The translations under genes were made by a program, and so were the position numbers. Below are positions 25,650-37,607 of a DNA stretch of 64,000 nucleotides, piece by piece. Within the stretch, counting starts at the first letter, position 1. Every line of letters begins with the position of its first letter. This DNA is from Lama guanicoe (lineage: Eukaryota): the NCBI GenBank assembly GCA_013239625.1, contig MU054098.1, positions 1,675,104 through 1,739,103 on the forward strand. Direction: 5' to 3'. The notes under the pieces were generated by a model. The model was not told where the DNA came from and did no database searches. It saw nothing but the letters and a program-made list of their open reading frames with translations.

Positions 25650-27405
25650 TTTTTAAAAATAGCTAGATTGAAGTATAATTGGCATGTTTAAAGTGTACAA
25701 TTTGATAAGTTTTGATATATCTATACAAGCATAAAATCATCACTCCAGTCAAGCTAATGAACACATCTACTTCCCTGAACTTTCCTTGTGCCTCTTTGTA
25801 GTCCCTTTCTCCTGCCCGCCTAACACTCCCCAACAGGCAGCCAATGATCTGTGTTCTGTGACTATAAAGCATTCATTTTCTAGAACTTTATATAAATGGA
25901 ATTATACAGTATGAGCTTCTCTTTTTTGTTTGACTTTATTCATTTAGCATAATTAGAGATTTATTCATGTTGTTGCATATATTAATAATGAATGTATCAC
26001 AGTTTGTTCATTCATCTATCTGTTGATGAACATTTGAGTTGTTTCTAGTTGTTGAAAGTTATAAATAAAACTGCTATAATTATTCACATATAAGTAACTA
26101 TAGGGACAGATGCTTTTATTTCTCTTGTGTAAATCATTGTGAGCAGAATGGCTGAATTATGAGAGATTTATATTTAACTTATAAGAGAGTGGCAAACGGT
26201 TTTCCCAAGTAGCTGTACAATATTACATTCTCATGAGCACTGTACAAAGTTTCAATTCTTCCAAAGCCTTGCAAACACTTGTTATGGTGAGTCTTTTGAA
26301 GTTCATCCATTCCAATAGGTATGTAATGGTATCTTGTGGTTTTAATACACATTCCCTTAATGACTAAAAATGCTGAGTATTTTTTTCATGTGCTTATTTG
26401 CTGTGCTATATCTTCTTTGATGAAGTACTTGTTCAACTCTTCTGCCCATTTATTGGGTTCTTTGTATTTTTTGTTGTTGAGTTTTAAGAGCTCTTTATAT
26501 ATTCTAGATAAAAGTTCCTTGCCAGATTTACAATTTGCAAATATTTTCTCCTAGTCCATGATTTGTCTTTTCATTCCCTTAACAGCGTCTTGTGAAGAGC
26601 TATGGAGAAATTTCTAATTCTGATGAGTACAATTCATCATTTTTGCTTTTATGGATTGTTCTTTTGTCATGTTTTATACAGAGGTCAGTAAGTTCTTTTT
26701 TCCCTAGAGAACTAGATAGCAAATATTTTAGCTTTTCCAGATCATATGGTCCCTTTCACAACTATCTGACTCTGACTTTATAGTACAGGAGCAACCATAG
26801 ACAATACATAATTAATAGTCAAGGATACGATCCAGTAAATCTTTATCTATAAAAACAGATGGTAAGCTAGATATGGTCTACAGACTGTTGTTTGCCAGTC
26901 CTTAATCTAAGAAATATTTATATTGAGGTCTATGAACCATTTTGAGTAAATTTTTAATGTGTTATGAGGTATAGATTGAAGTTTTTTTTGCATATATCCA
27001 ATTGTTCCAGCACCATTTTTTGAAAAAACTCTCCTTTTCCACTGACTGAATTGTCATTGCACCATTGCTGAAAATCACTTTTATATACATGAGTCTATTT
27101 CTGAACTCTTATTTTGTTCTGCTGATCTATTTGTATATCTTAACACCAAAACCACACTGCTTTGATTACTAGAGTTTTATAATAAGTTCTGAAAACTGGT
27201 AATGTTAGTCTTCCAGCTTTTATCCTTCTTTACAAAAGTTGTTTTCATAACTCTACTCTAGGTCCTTTGGATTGTTATATGAATTTGAGAATCAGTTTAT
27301 CAATCCTACAGGAAAAGCCTGATAGGATTTTGACAAGAACTGAGTTGACTCTATAAATTAATTTTTGGAGAACTGATGTCTTAACAATTTTGAGTCTTAC
27401 CCATA
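25650..27405 (-). mobile_element. Old L1 3' region (L1MC/L1MD-like)
   Basis: Antisense L1 3'UTR and ORF2 motifs (TTGAAGTATAATTG, TTTGCAAATATTTTCTC, CCAATTGTTCCAGCACCAT). Confidence 0.88.
26679..26903. mobile_element. MER58A-like MITE inside the L1
   Basis: CAGAGGTCAGTAA ... GCAACCATAGACAATACATAA ... TTTGCCAGTCCT. Confidence 0.75.
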
Positions 27406-27408
27406 AAC

Positions 27409-27866
27409 TGTGGTCATCAAGAAATGTGCTGGCTAAATCTCCTGCTAATCAAACTTAGCTGACCAACAGCCTCAGCTGTGGCTCCTCTGGGTCCACCACC
27501 ATGTTTCTGTAAAGCTCGTATTTCCCAGGCTGTTCTTAGCCAAAATTTAAACGCAGTAGGGGAATATAAACAGGCTTTTCCTGCAGGACTTGCTCTTCTC
27601 TAATGGGCAACTTTGGATCAGGGAATATTTACTGACTTGACCAAAACTTTCTTTGAACAAACGGTAGCCCGAGACTCTTCCGCTATTATCTTTTTTTCCC
27701 CTTTTCTTTGCTTTCTCCTACAGGGGTCAGACTTGTTCCATTTTCTGAAGATGCTCCCTGCCTATAAATTCCTTCCTTTTGTCTTTCACAGGCATTTCCC
27801 TAATAAGTCTCTTTCAAGTCTAATCCTGTTTTGGCATCTGCTTCTTGGAGAATCTGAATTAACACA
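27409..27866 (+). mobile_element. ERVL LTR (LTR16-like)
   Basis: TG...CA termini; 3' end TCCTGTTTTGGCATCTGCTTCTTGGAGAATCTGAATTAACACA resembles the LTR16 family. Confidence 0.78.
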
Positions 27867-29008
27867 TGTGATAAAGATTTGTGGTTTGCACTGTTGCTTA
27901 GTCAGAGCTAGACAGTGCATTAGAGTGGAGGGTGGGGCTGAGCAGCAGAGTCATGTTAGTTGTAGAAAAGACTAACTTGTCAGATTCTTCAATTCATATG
28001 ATATAAGTACAATGGGTTGTTGCATAACTAAGTTTCACCTCAGAAAAGTGCCTAGCATCCATTTCTTGCTTCTCTTCCTGATACAACTCATGGTGCCTGA
28101 GAAACCCACAAATTGAGCAACTGCACATGATGGCTGATAAATATTTTCATTATTAAGCAATTCATATTATTCCTAAAGGTGTATTTACATCTGTCTAGGC
28201 ATGACATGGGTAAAATACAGTATCTTTTCTTCAGTTAATAATGCATGGCACGCTAAAAATTTGTGAATAATCTCATTTTATACAAATATTTAATAAGGTT
28301 TATCTTTTTAAAAAATTAAATAAATATTTTAACTGGACATAATTTTGATTTAAAAGTGTGATATTAATTGTGTTTCTTAATTTTAATCCTTCAAATCAGA
28401 ATTGCAAACAGAACACAGATTAGGTGAAAATCTTGATCCCAACACCTAACAGTAACCTTTCTGCAATGAAAGCAAGAAAAATAGTTAATGGAACAAATAC
28501 TAACTTATGAATTCTGTATGTATTTTGTTACTCCTACAAACACCACCAATCTATTAACACAAAGTCATATATGTAAAATAATATTTCACCAGTTTTGGGC
28601 ACTTTACTAATTTTCAGCATATGAAAACTACAGATATAATGCTTTGATTTTATCAATATGAAGGTATAGTCATCAAGGTAGGAGGTAGAATACTATTTTT
28701 TTGATTTTCTATTAGCTCTAAATTCAGCTTTTCAGTATGTATAAATATGATACACATGCTTTTGTTGGTATGTTTGCTTTGGACTCTGCAAATTTAGGGA
28801 TAGGCCTGGCTTTCAGAGTGAATGCGCATGTGGAAGCATCCAGTAGAGGTCTTGTCAAGAGCTCCTAGAGGTGGAGCCTCCTCTTGATGGAGGTGAGGGA
28901 GAGAGCAAAGTTACCAGGAGCAAAGAGAGCTCAAGGACTCCCTCTTCACTCATACCTGTGGTAGCTTACAGGCCAGGAGAAGTGTGGGCCTGATAGATAT
29001 GCAGCTTT

Positions 29009-29478
29009 TTCTTAAATTGAGGTATAGTTGATGTAGAATATTATATAAGTTACAGGTGTAGAACACAGTGATTTGCAATTTTCAAAGGTTAGACTCTACA
29101 GTTATCATAAAATATTGGCTATATTCTCTGTGTTGTACAATATATCCTTGTAACTTATTTATTATATACATGATAGTTTGTACCTCTTAATCTGCTACAC
29201 CTATCTTGCCCCTCCCCATTTCCTTCCCTCCCCAGTAACCACTAGTTTGTTCTATATATCTGTCAGTCTGTCTTTTTTGTTATATTCACTAGTTTGTTGT
29301 ATTGTTTAGTTTCCACATATATATGATATCATACAGTATTTGTCTTTCTCTGTCTGACTTATTTCACTTAGCATAATATCCTCCAAGTCCATCCATGTTG
29401 CTGCAAAAAGCAAAAATCTCATTATTTTTTATGGCTGAGTAGTTTTCCATTGTGTATATATACATATTATATATAGTA

Positions 29479-29548
<70 letters not shown>

Positions 29549-30996
29549 ACATCTTATTTATCTATCCATCTATTGATGGATACTTAAGTTGATTCCGTAT
29601 CTTGGCAATTGTAAATAATGCTGCTATGAACATTGGGGTGCAAGTATTTTTTTGAATTAATGTTTTTGCTTTTTTCAGATAATATATACCCAGAAGTGTA
29701 ATTGCTGGATCATATGGTAGGTCTATTTTTAGTTTTTTGAGAAATCTCCATACTGTTTTCCACAGTGGCTGCACCCATTTATATTCACATTAACAGTATA
29801 CTAAGGTTCCATTTTCCCCATATTTTCACCAACATTTGCTATTTACAGATTTTTTGATGATAGCCTTTCTGACAAGTGTCAGATGATATCTCATTGTGGT
29901 TTTGATTTGCATTTCTCTGATAATTAAAAACGTTGAGCATCTTATTATGTGTCTGTTGGCCATCTGTTTGTCTTCTTTGGTAAAGTGTCTTATTTATGTC
30001 TTCTGCCCATTTTTTAATCAGGTTTTTTTTTATGTTGAGTTGTATGAGCTGTTTTTATATGGATATTAACCCCTTATCAGATAAAGGATTTGCAAATATT
30101 TTCTCCCATTCAGTAGGTTGTCTTTTCATTTTACCAGTGGTTTCCTTTGATGTACAAAAGCATTTAGATTTAATTAAATCCCATTTGTTTATTTTTGCTT
30201 TTATTTCCTTTGTTTGGGAGAGGGATCCAAAAAAATATTGCTACAATTTATGTCAGAGTGTAACACCTATGTTTTCTTCTAGGACTTTTATAATTTCCAG
30301 TGTTACATTTAGGTCTTTAACCCCTTTTGAGTTTATTTTTATGTATGTTATTAGAGAATGTTTTAATTTCATTCTTTTACATGAAGCTGTCCAGTTTTCC
30401 TAGTACCACTTATTGAAGAGATTGTCTTTTCTCCATTGTATATTCTTGCCTCCTTTGTCATAGATTAAATAGCCATAAGTGCATGGGTTTATTTCTGGAC
30501 TTACTATCCTGTTCCATTCATCTATGTGTCTATTTTTGTGCCAGTACCATACTGTTTTGATAACTGTAGCTTTGTAGTATTGTTTGAAGTCAGCAAGTGT
30601 AATTCCTCTAGCTCTGTTCTTCTTTCTCAAGATTGTTGTGGCTATTTGGCTCTTCTGTGTTTCTGTACAAACTTTAAAATTATTTGTTCCAGTTCTTTGA
30701 AAATATGCTCTTGGTATTTTGATACTGATTGCATAATCTGTAGATTGTCTTAGGTAGTATTGCCATTTTAACAATATTAATTCTTCCAGTCTATGAACAC
30801 AGTATATCTTTCCCTCTGTTTTTGTCATCTTAAATTTCTTTCATCAGTGAAATCTGTTGCATTTCTATACACTAACAATGAACTATCAGAAAAAGAAATT
30901 AAGGAAACAATCCCATTTACCACTATGTCAAAAACGATAAAATACCTAGGAATAAACCTACTCAAGGAGGTAAAAGACCTATATTCAAGAACTATA
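29009..30996 (-). mobile_element. 5'-inverted, truncated L1 (inverted piece 30850-30999 reads on +)
   Basis: TSD AGATATGCA(G/A)CTTT at 28995-29008 and 30997-31010 (13/14); ORF2 C-terminal ORFs on minus; KSVAFLYTNNELSEKEIKETIPF on plus. Confidence 0.94.
29453..29548. repeat. Compound (TA)n/(TACA)n/(CA)n microsatellite expanded within the L1
   Basis: Visible repeat runs. Confidence 0.95.
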
Positions 30997-32439
30997 AGAT
31001 ATGCAACTTTAAAAAGGCTATAGCTCCAGGCAGTGGTCCTGGGTATTATCTTTTTCTTTCCATGATCAAGAGAGTTCCACTGAAGCTTCTGATTTCAGGC
31101 TGTGAATTTAGTTCTGCCTCTCCATGTATGCAATGCTTTTGGCTCCTTTGTTCCACATCAATAAAATTTTCAGTGACTTCTGCCTGTATCTGAAACTGGA
31201 ACTCAGTTTTATGCTTATAGTTTCACTACTAAGTATACCTCTATTCTACTTCTGGTCCACATAGTAGTTTATCTTTTTGAGCATGATCATGTATTTCTAA
31301 TTTTATTTTATTATTTTCATTTTTATGTGTCTCATGTGGGTAACAGGGAAGATTAAGATATAAAACTCATTGTGAATTTTTCCTACAATATTTTTCTAGT
31401 AAAGATAAACCTTTCTGCACCTTCTATTTGTAGTCATATTTTTTTCTTTTATGAAGTTTTAATTCATAGTGTTTGCCCATTTGGGGATGTTACTATGTGT
31501 ACATTTTTTAAATTGTCACTGATCTGCAAAATTTCTTTACATATTAAATGCGTTGGCCCTTTGCATATATTTATAGTAATTTTACCTCACATTGTTATTT
31601 GCCATAACATTTTTTATTTCATTTAGATGGACAAATGCTTCAATTGTATCTATTTATTTTTAAATTATAAATGGTCAAATTATAATGTTTCCTTTGTAAT
31701 CATTATCTCAATTTATATACTATAAATTCAATATATCCTATAAGTCTACTGTGGCTATGAGTCTTCTCTTAATATTCTCTTGTCAATATTTAAAATCTTT
31801 AGAGTGAAATATTTCTGATGTCCGTATTCCTTTTAAATAGTGACAACAAACTAAGAACCTATCAATTTTTACCTATAGTTCATGTTCAAAGGCTGTATAA
31901 CGTAGCTGCATTATTCAGATTCCCTATTTTATCACTAATTGAATCTACACGCACAAAAACATTTTACACAACAGCTGGGAATTATAATATTAAACTCCCA
32001 CTGCTGACTGCTAATTATTTTATTTCTTTCTTTGTAACAGATCTCAAGTTGTCAGAACGCAGTGGTAATGCACATTACAAATAGAAATCACATTACTGTG
32101 AATTCAATTTGCCCACATCTTTATTGGAGAAAGACACTAATCATAACTTACCAAAGAAAACACCACAGCCTAAATCATTCCTATTTAATCCTTCTTAATG
32201 CAAATAATTTAGAAACTTTCCTGAAGCTTTAAGAAAGTGATCTCCCTATGTGAGAGTTAGCACAAACAGGTTAGCTCACTTCTATGTGGATTCTTCACTG
32301 AAAATAAAACATATTACTTAGCTAAATCCAATGGTCCTCTCAGATTGTTTAATTCTCAGAACTGCATTATTATGTCTACCTTCTAAGATTTTATTTCTCT
32401 GTTTCTTTCCCAGTTTCCACTTTTTTTTCATGGAATACA

Positions 32440-32640
32440 ATTGAAAAAGCACTGGATTTAGAATCAAAAATCAAGTATTAGAATCCAAACTATCAATTTC
32501 CAGCTGTGTGACTTTGGTTTAGTTACATAATTCTTCTGAGCATTAGTATCATTACAAAGCTGTTATGAGAATTCCATGAGATCACATATGTAAAAACACC
32601 AACCCTCAAACACAGTGACTAATCACTAAATATGTCAAAT
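32440..32640 (+). mobile_element. MIR fragment
   Basis: GAAAAAGCACTGGATTTAGAATCA...CAGCTGTGTGACTTTGG...AGTTACATAA. Confidence 0.7.
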
Positions 32641-33633
32641 CTAAATTTGAATTTACCCACTGACTTTTGGAAGGCACCATGGTTCAGTTCTAAGCATTCT
32701 GTTCTTTTTCCTCTAAATTCATCCCCTCCCATGTAAAACTTCTTGAAAGTCTAACTGGCACCTGTGAGATCCCTTCTTTGATTGCCAACGGCAGAGTGGC
32801 CCACCTTAAATAGGAGTCCAATTTATCACAAAATCAATCTATATTTGTTGATATTTTGCTTTTAAAATGCCTCCAATTGTATATGTTTGATTGCACCAAG
32901 TAGTGATCAACTATTTGAGGCCATAAGGCATGTCTTCAGTTTTTACAGGAGTTGCTCTAAGCATAATACAATGAATGAGGGATCCCATAGTATGCAGTGC
33001 TTTACATCCCTTTTTAAAATAAACACTGCAGCATTCTGTCTACTTGCAGATTTGACTGAACTAATATGACAGCCTCATCAATCAAAGACAACACAATTAT
33101 TCTGCTTTGTTGCTAGCTTAAGCAATATAAAGTATATTTTTCATACTATGACTATGTGTAAGAAGGGCCAGGTAAGACTATAAAGAAGAAAGATAGGAGG
33201 AGGAAGTAAAGCAGCCTAGTGAGGGATTGCTGGTGAGCAGTAATTGAGAAAGGAGACAAACAAGCTGCACAAGGAAAATGATACATGAGGAAGTCTTATT
33301 TTTACAGTTTAAATAAATAAATGACAACACTCCATTCACATTTACTAGTCTATCAGCATTTCTCTTCATGAAAATTCATATTTGATCTCTATGCACTGTA
33401 TAGGTAAGCCTTCACCTTGCTCCTTCACTGTTACTTTAGAGGAGTAACGAGAAAAAAGACAGAATGAGCAGAACAAGGTGTGAGGAATATGTAATCTGGG
33501 GGAAAAGATTCCAGGTAAAGTCAAAAAGAAAAGAATGGAAAGTGAGAGAGTACACGGTAATTGAGGCATTTAAAAAAGTTAAGGGTAGAGGGATTTTAAA
33601 GACCCCTTATACTGCATTAAGAAGTTAATTATT

Positions 33634-34554
33634 GATTTGAGATTAAGATGGTGGGGTAAGAGGACATGGAGCTCACCTCCCTCCAAGAACACATCAAAAA
33701 TCTTCATGTGGAATAAACAATTCTCACTGAAAACTAACTGGAAACTGGCAGAAGGACTCCTGTACAAACAAGCTATAAGAAAGATACACTTGGAATAGTG
33801 TAGAAAGAGAAGAAAAGTGATCAGGTCTGGACCTGTACCCCTGGGAAGAGACTCAGAGGAAAAAGGAGATTTCATGGGTGGACACCAGCTCTGGAGAGTA
33901 AGTGGGTCAAGCCACAGATTGGGTGTCCCATTCCTGGGATCGTATGTGGAAGAGATAATCCTCCCTGGTTGATCAGAGAACCTCTGGGACAGACAGAAAG
34001 AATGGGGGAGCCTGGACCCCACTCATGAGGAACATGCAGGTTCTGGCTTGCCACCAGACAGAGCCAAGAGAGATCTTCTCTAGCAGCTGCAGGTTTCCTG
34101 TGACCACCTCAGTGGAATATTACTAAGCCATGAAAATCTTAATTCTGTCATTTGCAGCAACATGGATAGACCCAGAGAACATTATGCTTTGTGAAATAAG
34201 TCAGACAGAGAAAGATGAATATTGTACGATATCACTCATATGGGAAATCTAAACTATAATACAACTTAATATATATAGAAAAATAGAAACAGACTCACAG
34301 ATATAGAAAACAAACTTGTGGTTACCAAAGGGGAGAGGAAGGGGAAAGGAACAAACTAGGGGTATGGGATTAAGAGGTACAAACTACTATGTAAAAAATA
34401 GATAAGCAACAAGGATACATTGTAAAACAAAGGAAATTAAAGCTGTTATCTTATAATAACTTATAATGGAGTACAATCTGCACAAATACTGAATCACTAT
34501 GTTGTGCACCTTAAACTAACATAATACTGTAAACCAACTATGCTTCAGTAAAAA
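33634..34554 (+). mobile_element. Internally deleted L1: 5'UTR (to about 34110) joined to the extreme 3' end
   Basis: Starts with an AAGATGG YY1-type L1 5' motif; junction into TGGAATATTACT; degenerate 15-bp TSD AAGAAGT(T/G)AATT(A/G)TT at 33619-33633 and 34555-34569. Confidence 0.85.
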
Positions 34555-34830
34555 AAGAAGTGAATTGTTTTTCAAAGCTGCCCTCAGTGGTTGAAGGAGG
34601 CTGACACACAGGGTTTGCTCACACTGTCTTGTACAGAGACAGACAAGACCATGGAAGAACTTCCAGGAGACAGATGAGGAAACTGGGAAATTTCTTCTCC
34701 AATACAACTTCGCTGTATTTTCCAGCTGCTGATTTCTCTCCTGCCCTTTTCTCTTCCAATTCTACCCTCAATTCTGCAGTTTTTTTCTACCACTCTATTG
34801 ATCCATTTGTGAAAACTCTCTTAAAACTGC

Positions 34831-35219
34831 TGTTAAAAAACAAAATTCAACTGAATAAAATTTAAAGATCTTATTGGATTTATCCAGCGATTCATGAATT
34901 GAGCATCATCCAATCTAGCAAACAGAAAGGAGCTCCAAGGAGCTGTACAAAATGAAAGACCTTTATAGGCAGAAGGGAGCAAGAACAAGGAAGCTGTAGA
35001 AGGCAAAAATGTGGGTTGGTTACTGTAAGGTTACTTTTCTTTAGGGGATGGCAGTATTATATCAGGCATATCACCTAACTAGTGCTGATCAGGAGATTCC
35101 AGATTCACTAGTTTAAGGTTCCATTTCTGGGAGAGCCAAAACTGTAATTAAGTCTAGGTTTGGTGATGTGGGGTTGGTAAAAATGACTTCATTTTGGACC
35201 TGTTGTCTTGTTTTTAACA
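34831..35219 (-). mobile_element. ERV1-class solo LTR
   Basis: Inverted termini TGTTAAAAA...TTTTTAACA; 4-bp TSD CTGC/CTGT; TATAAA on the minus strand; class and strand from recalled similarity. Confidence 0.75.
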
Positions 35220-36109
35220 CTGTGGAGGGCAACAAAGCAAATTCATTGTATTCTACCTCTTGCCCTTGGCCAAGTTTGATCACTAAAGGTATCATGATGT
35301 GAGCTACATTGGGCACGAGCACTCTGAACTCATATTCAACCTCCATCTACTCAAAACTCACATAGTTTGTTCAGGACAAGTGTGGTGAGGGTAGAGGTGG
35401 GAATCTATCTAGCCTGAATATAAAAGTTAAATCTAACCAGAGAAAAGAGATTGGCTTATCCTAAAACATTCAACATGCACTATGTAAAGTACATACAAAA
35501 TGTTCAAAGAAAGAAATGTAGAAGAGAAGCATACTATAAAGACCTTATAAATATTCATCTCCCCAAAAAAGCTTTCCTTAATATACAGATATAGGACTAT
35601 TTCAAGAAATATCATTCTTAAAGCCAGTACCACAGTCCTGAATTATAGTTAGATTTTTCTCTTTGCCTCTCCAGAAGCAACTTCATCAGCTGATAGCAAA
35701 AAGCATAGCATAACTGGCTGTATACATCAAAGAAATGGCTTTTGACTTAATGAAGCACTCTGTTCCTTACTTGGAAATGTGAGACCACACCAATCAGTCA
35801 GATTTCACAGATGAGCTATAAGTGATCCAATAAATGGAAATAATACTGTAAGATAGAAATATTTAATTTGTTCTGGCCTGGGCAGAGAGTAATTATTATT
35901 ATGATATAGTTTATCAAAATACTCCAAAGGGAGCAAACTGAAAGGAAACCCATTTCCTCATGCTTAATTTATGTTAAAATGTTATGTTAAATGAGCCTAA
36001 ATAATTGAGGCTACTTAAAACTGCAAAGACTTCTAAGAGTACAGAACACTAGGAAACTTTGACTAGAAAAACATAAACCTGGGTAAAAACGCTAGTGAGT
36101 CAAAGAGTT

Positions 36110-36165
36110 AATGACAATTGACAGTTGTTGAGAGCTTACTCTGTTTCAAGCACCTTTTGAAGCAC

Positions 36166-36215
<50 letters not shown>

Positions 36216-36405
36216 TATATATATAAAACATCTCTCTGCGTCATCAAAACAATCTTATGTGGTAGACACTCCTGTAGTTTTATTTTGTAGATGGGAAAAT
36301 TAAAGCACAGAGAAAGACTAAGTAACTTGCTCAAGGTCATGCACTAAGTGACAAAGTCAAACACTGACAGCCTGGCTCCAGAGGTCAAATAGTTAACTGC
36401 TGAAC
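36110..36405 (-). mobile_element. MIR with an internal (TA)n(CA)n microsatellite (36166-36225)
   Basis: ATTTTGTAGATGGGAAAATTAAAGCACAGAG...AAGTAACTTGCTCAAGGTCA. Confidence 0.82.
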
Positions 36406-36429
36406 TGTAGTTGGAAACAAGAGAACTTA

Positions 36430-37200
36430 GTAGAAACAAGACCAGTTGGGAGACTAGAGTCAAAGTGGAAGGCAATGAGTGCTTGAAATGATGATAGATG
36501 AAGTACAAATTTAAAAGATTTCAAGAAGATGTTGCAGAAGAAAAATCAGTATACGCTGATAATTGATTATATATGAAGGCTGAGAAAGAGTTGTTTAAGT
36601 TGACTGAGGTTTGAAGACTGAGTAATTTGGTGGTGATATTAACTAACTAGGAGAAAGGCACTGTGGCTGGTTTATGAGGAAAGATGAGTTCAGTTTTAGA
36701 TGTATAAAACTGAGATATCTTCAGGATATATTGTGCATAAATAAATACTCAGAAGGCAAATGAAAATACGGGCCTGAATCATTAAAAAATGGCTATTGAA
36801 AGAAATTTGGGAATACATATTTATACAGAAAATTTATCTGGGGACTAAATCTTTGAAAGGCTCTATAATGTGTGGATAGAAGAGTATGTTTAAGAGAAAG
36901 AAACTTTATCCATGTTTACCAGAAAAGTAAAAGGAGAATCAGGAGAACTCAGTGTTCTAGAAATCAATAAAAAGAAAATTTTCCAGAAAGAGAAGATATT
37001 CAAAAGTGTGTAATGCTGCAAAGGAATTGAGCAGGATGAGAACTGAAAATATGTCATTGTATTATCAGTTAGAACACTTTGAAAGAGTAGTTTCATTAAA
37101 GTGGTGAGGGGAAAAGACATTATAAGTCACTGAAAACAAAGAAATATTAGTGGAGATAAGTGATGATACACAACTCTTTCAAGACATTCGGGAAGAAAAT
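36430..37200 (-). mobile_element. L2 fragment
   Basis: Purine-rich antisense L2 (GATGAGTTCAGTTTTAGATGT; GAGTAGTTTCATTAAAGTGGTGAGGG). Confidence 0.7.
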
Positions 37201-37607
37201 GTAAATAATAAAGGACAGTTTTAGGAAGAAAACTGGGTCAAATAAGGACTTCTTTAAACCACTGACTCTTTAAGCACAGGTGTAAACAGAGATAAAGGAA
37301 CCAGTGGAGAGATGCATTCAAAATAAAAGATGGAAGAAATAATTTATTCCTTTTCCTAAGAAGAAATGAAGATAGGACTAAGATCACAAGAACATAAAGG
37401 CAGAAGATGATAACATTAATATCAATGTTTTCCAAATGCCAGTTCATGAAGTGATTCTACAAAGCATCAGAATCATCCCAAGAGTTTATTAAAAAGATTG
37501 ATTCCTGGACTTTGTCCTCATAGGTTCTAATTCAGTGGGCCTTCATTGTGGCCTAAAAACTTGTATATTTAAATAGCTGCTGAAGCAACACTTGAATTGC
37601 TATAGAG

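Noticed and set aside
27613..27975. 120-aa plus-strand ORF
   Set aside because: It lies mostly within an LTR16-like LTR, starts at TTG, and has a composition typical of chance ORFs.
33579..34022. 147-aa minus-strand ORF
   Set aside because: It is the antisense frame of an L1 5'UTR, with no evidence of a coding function.
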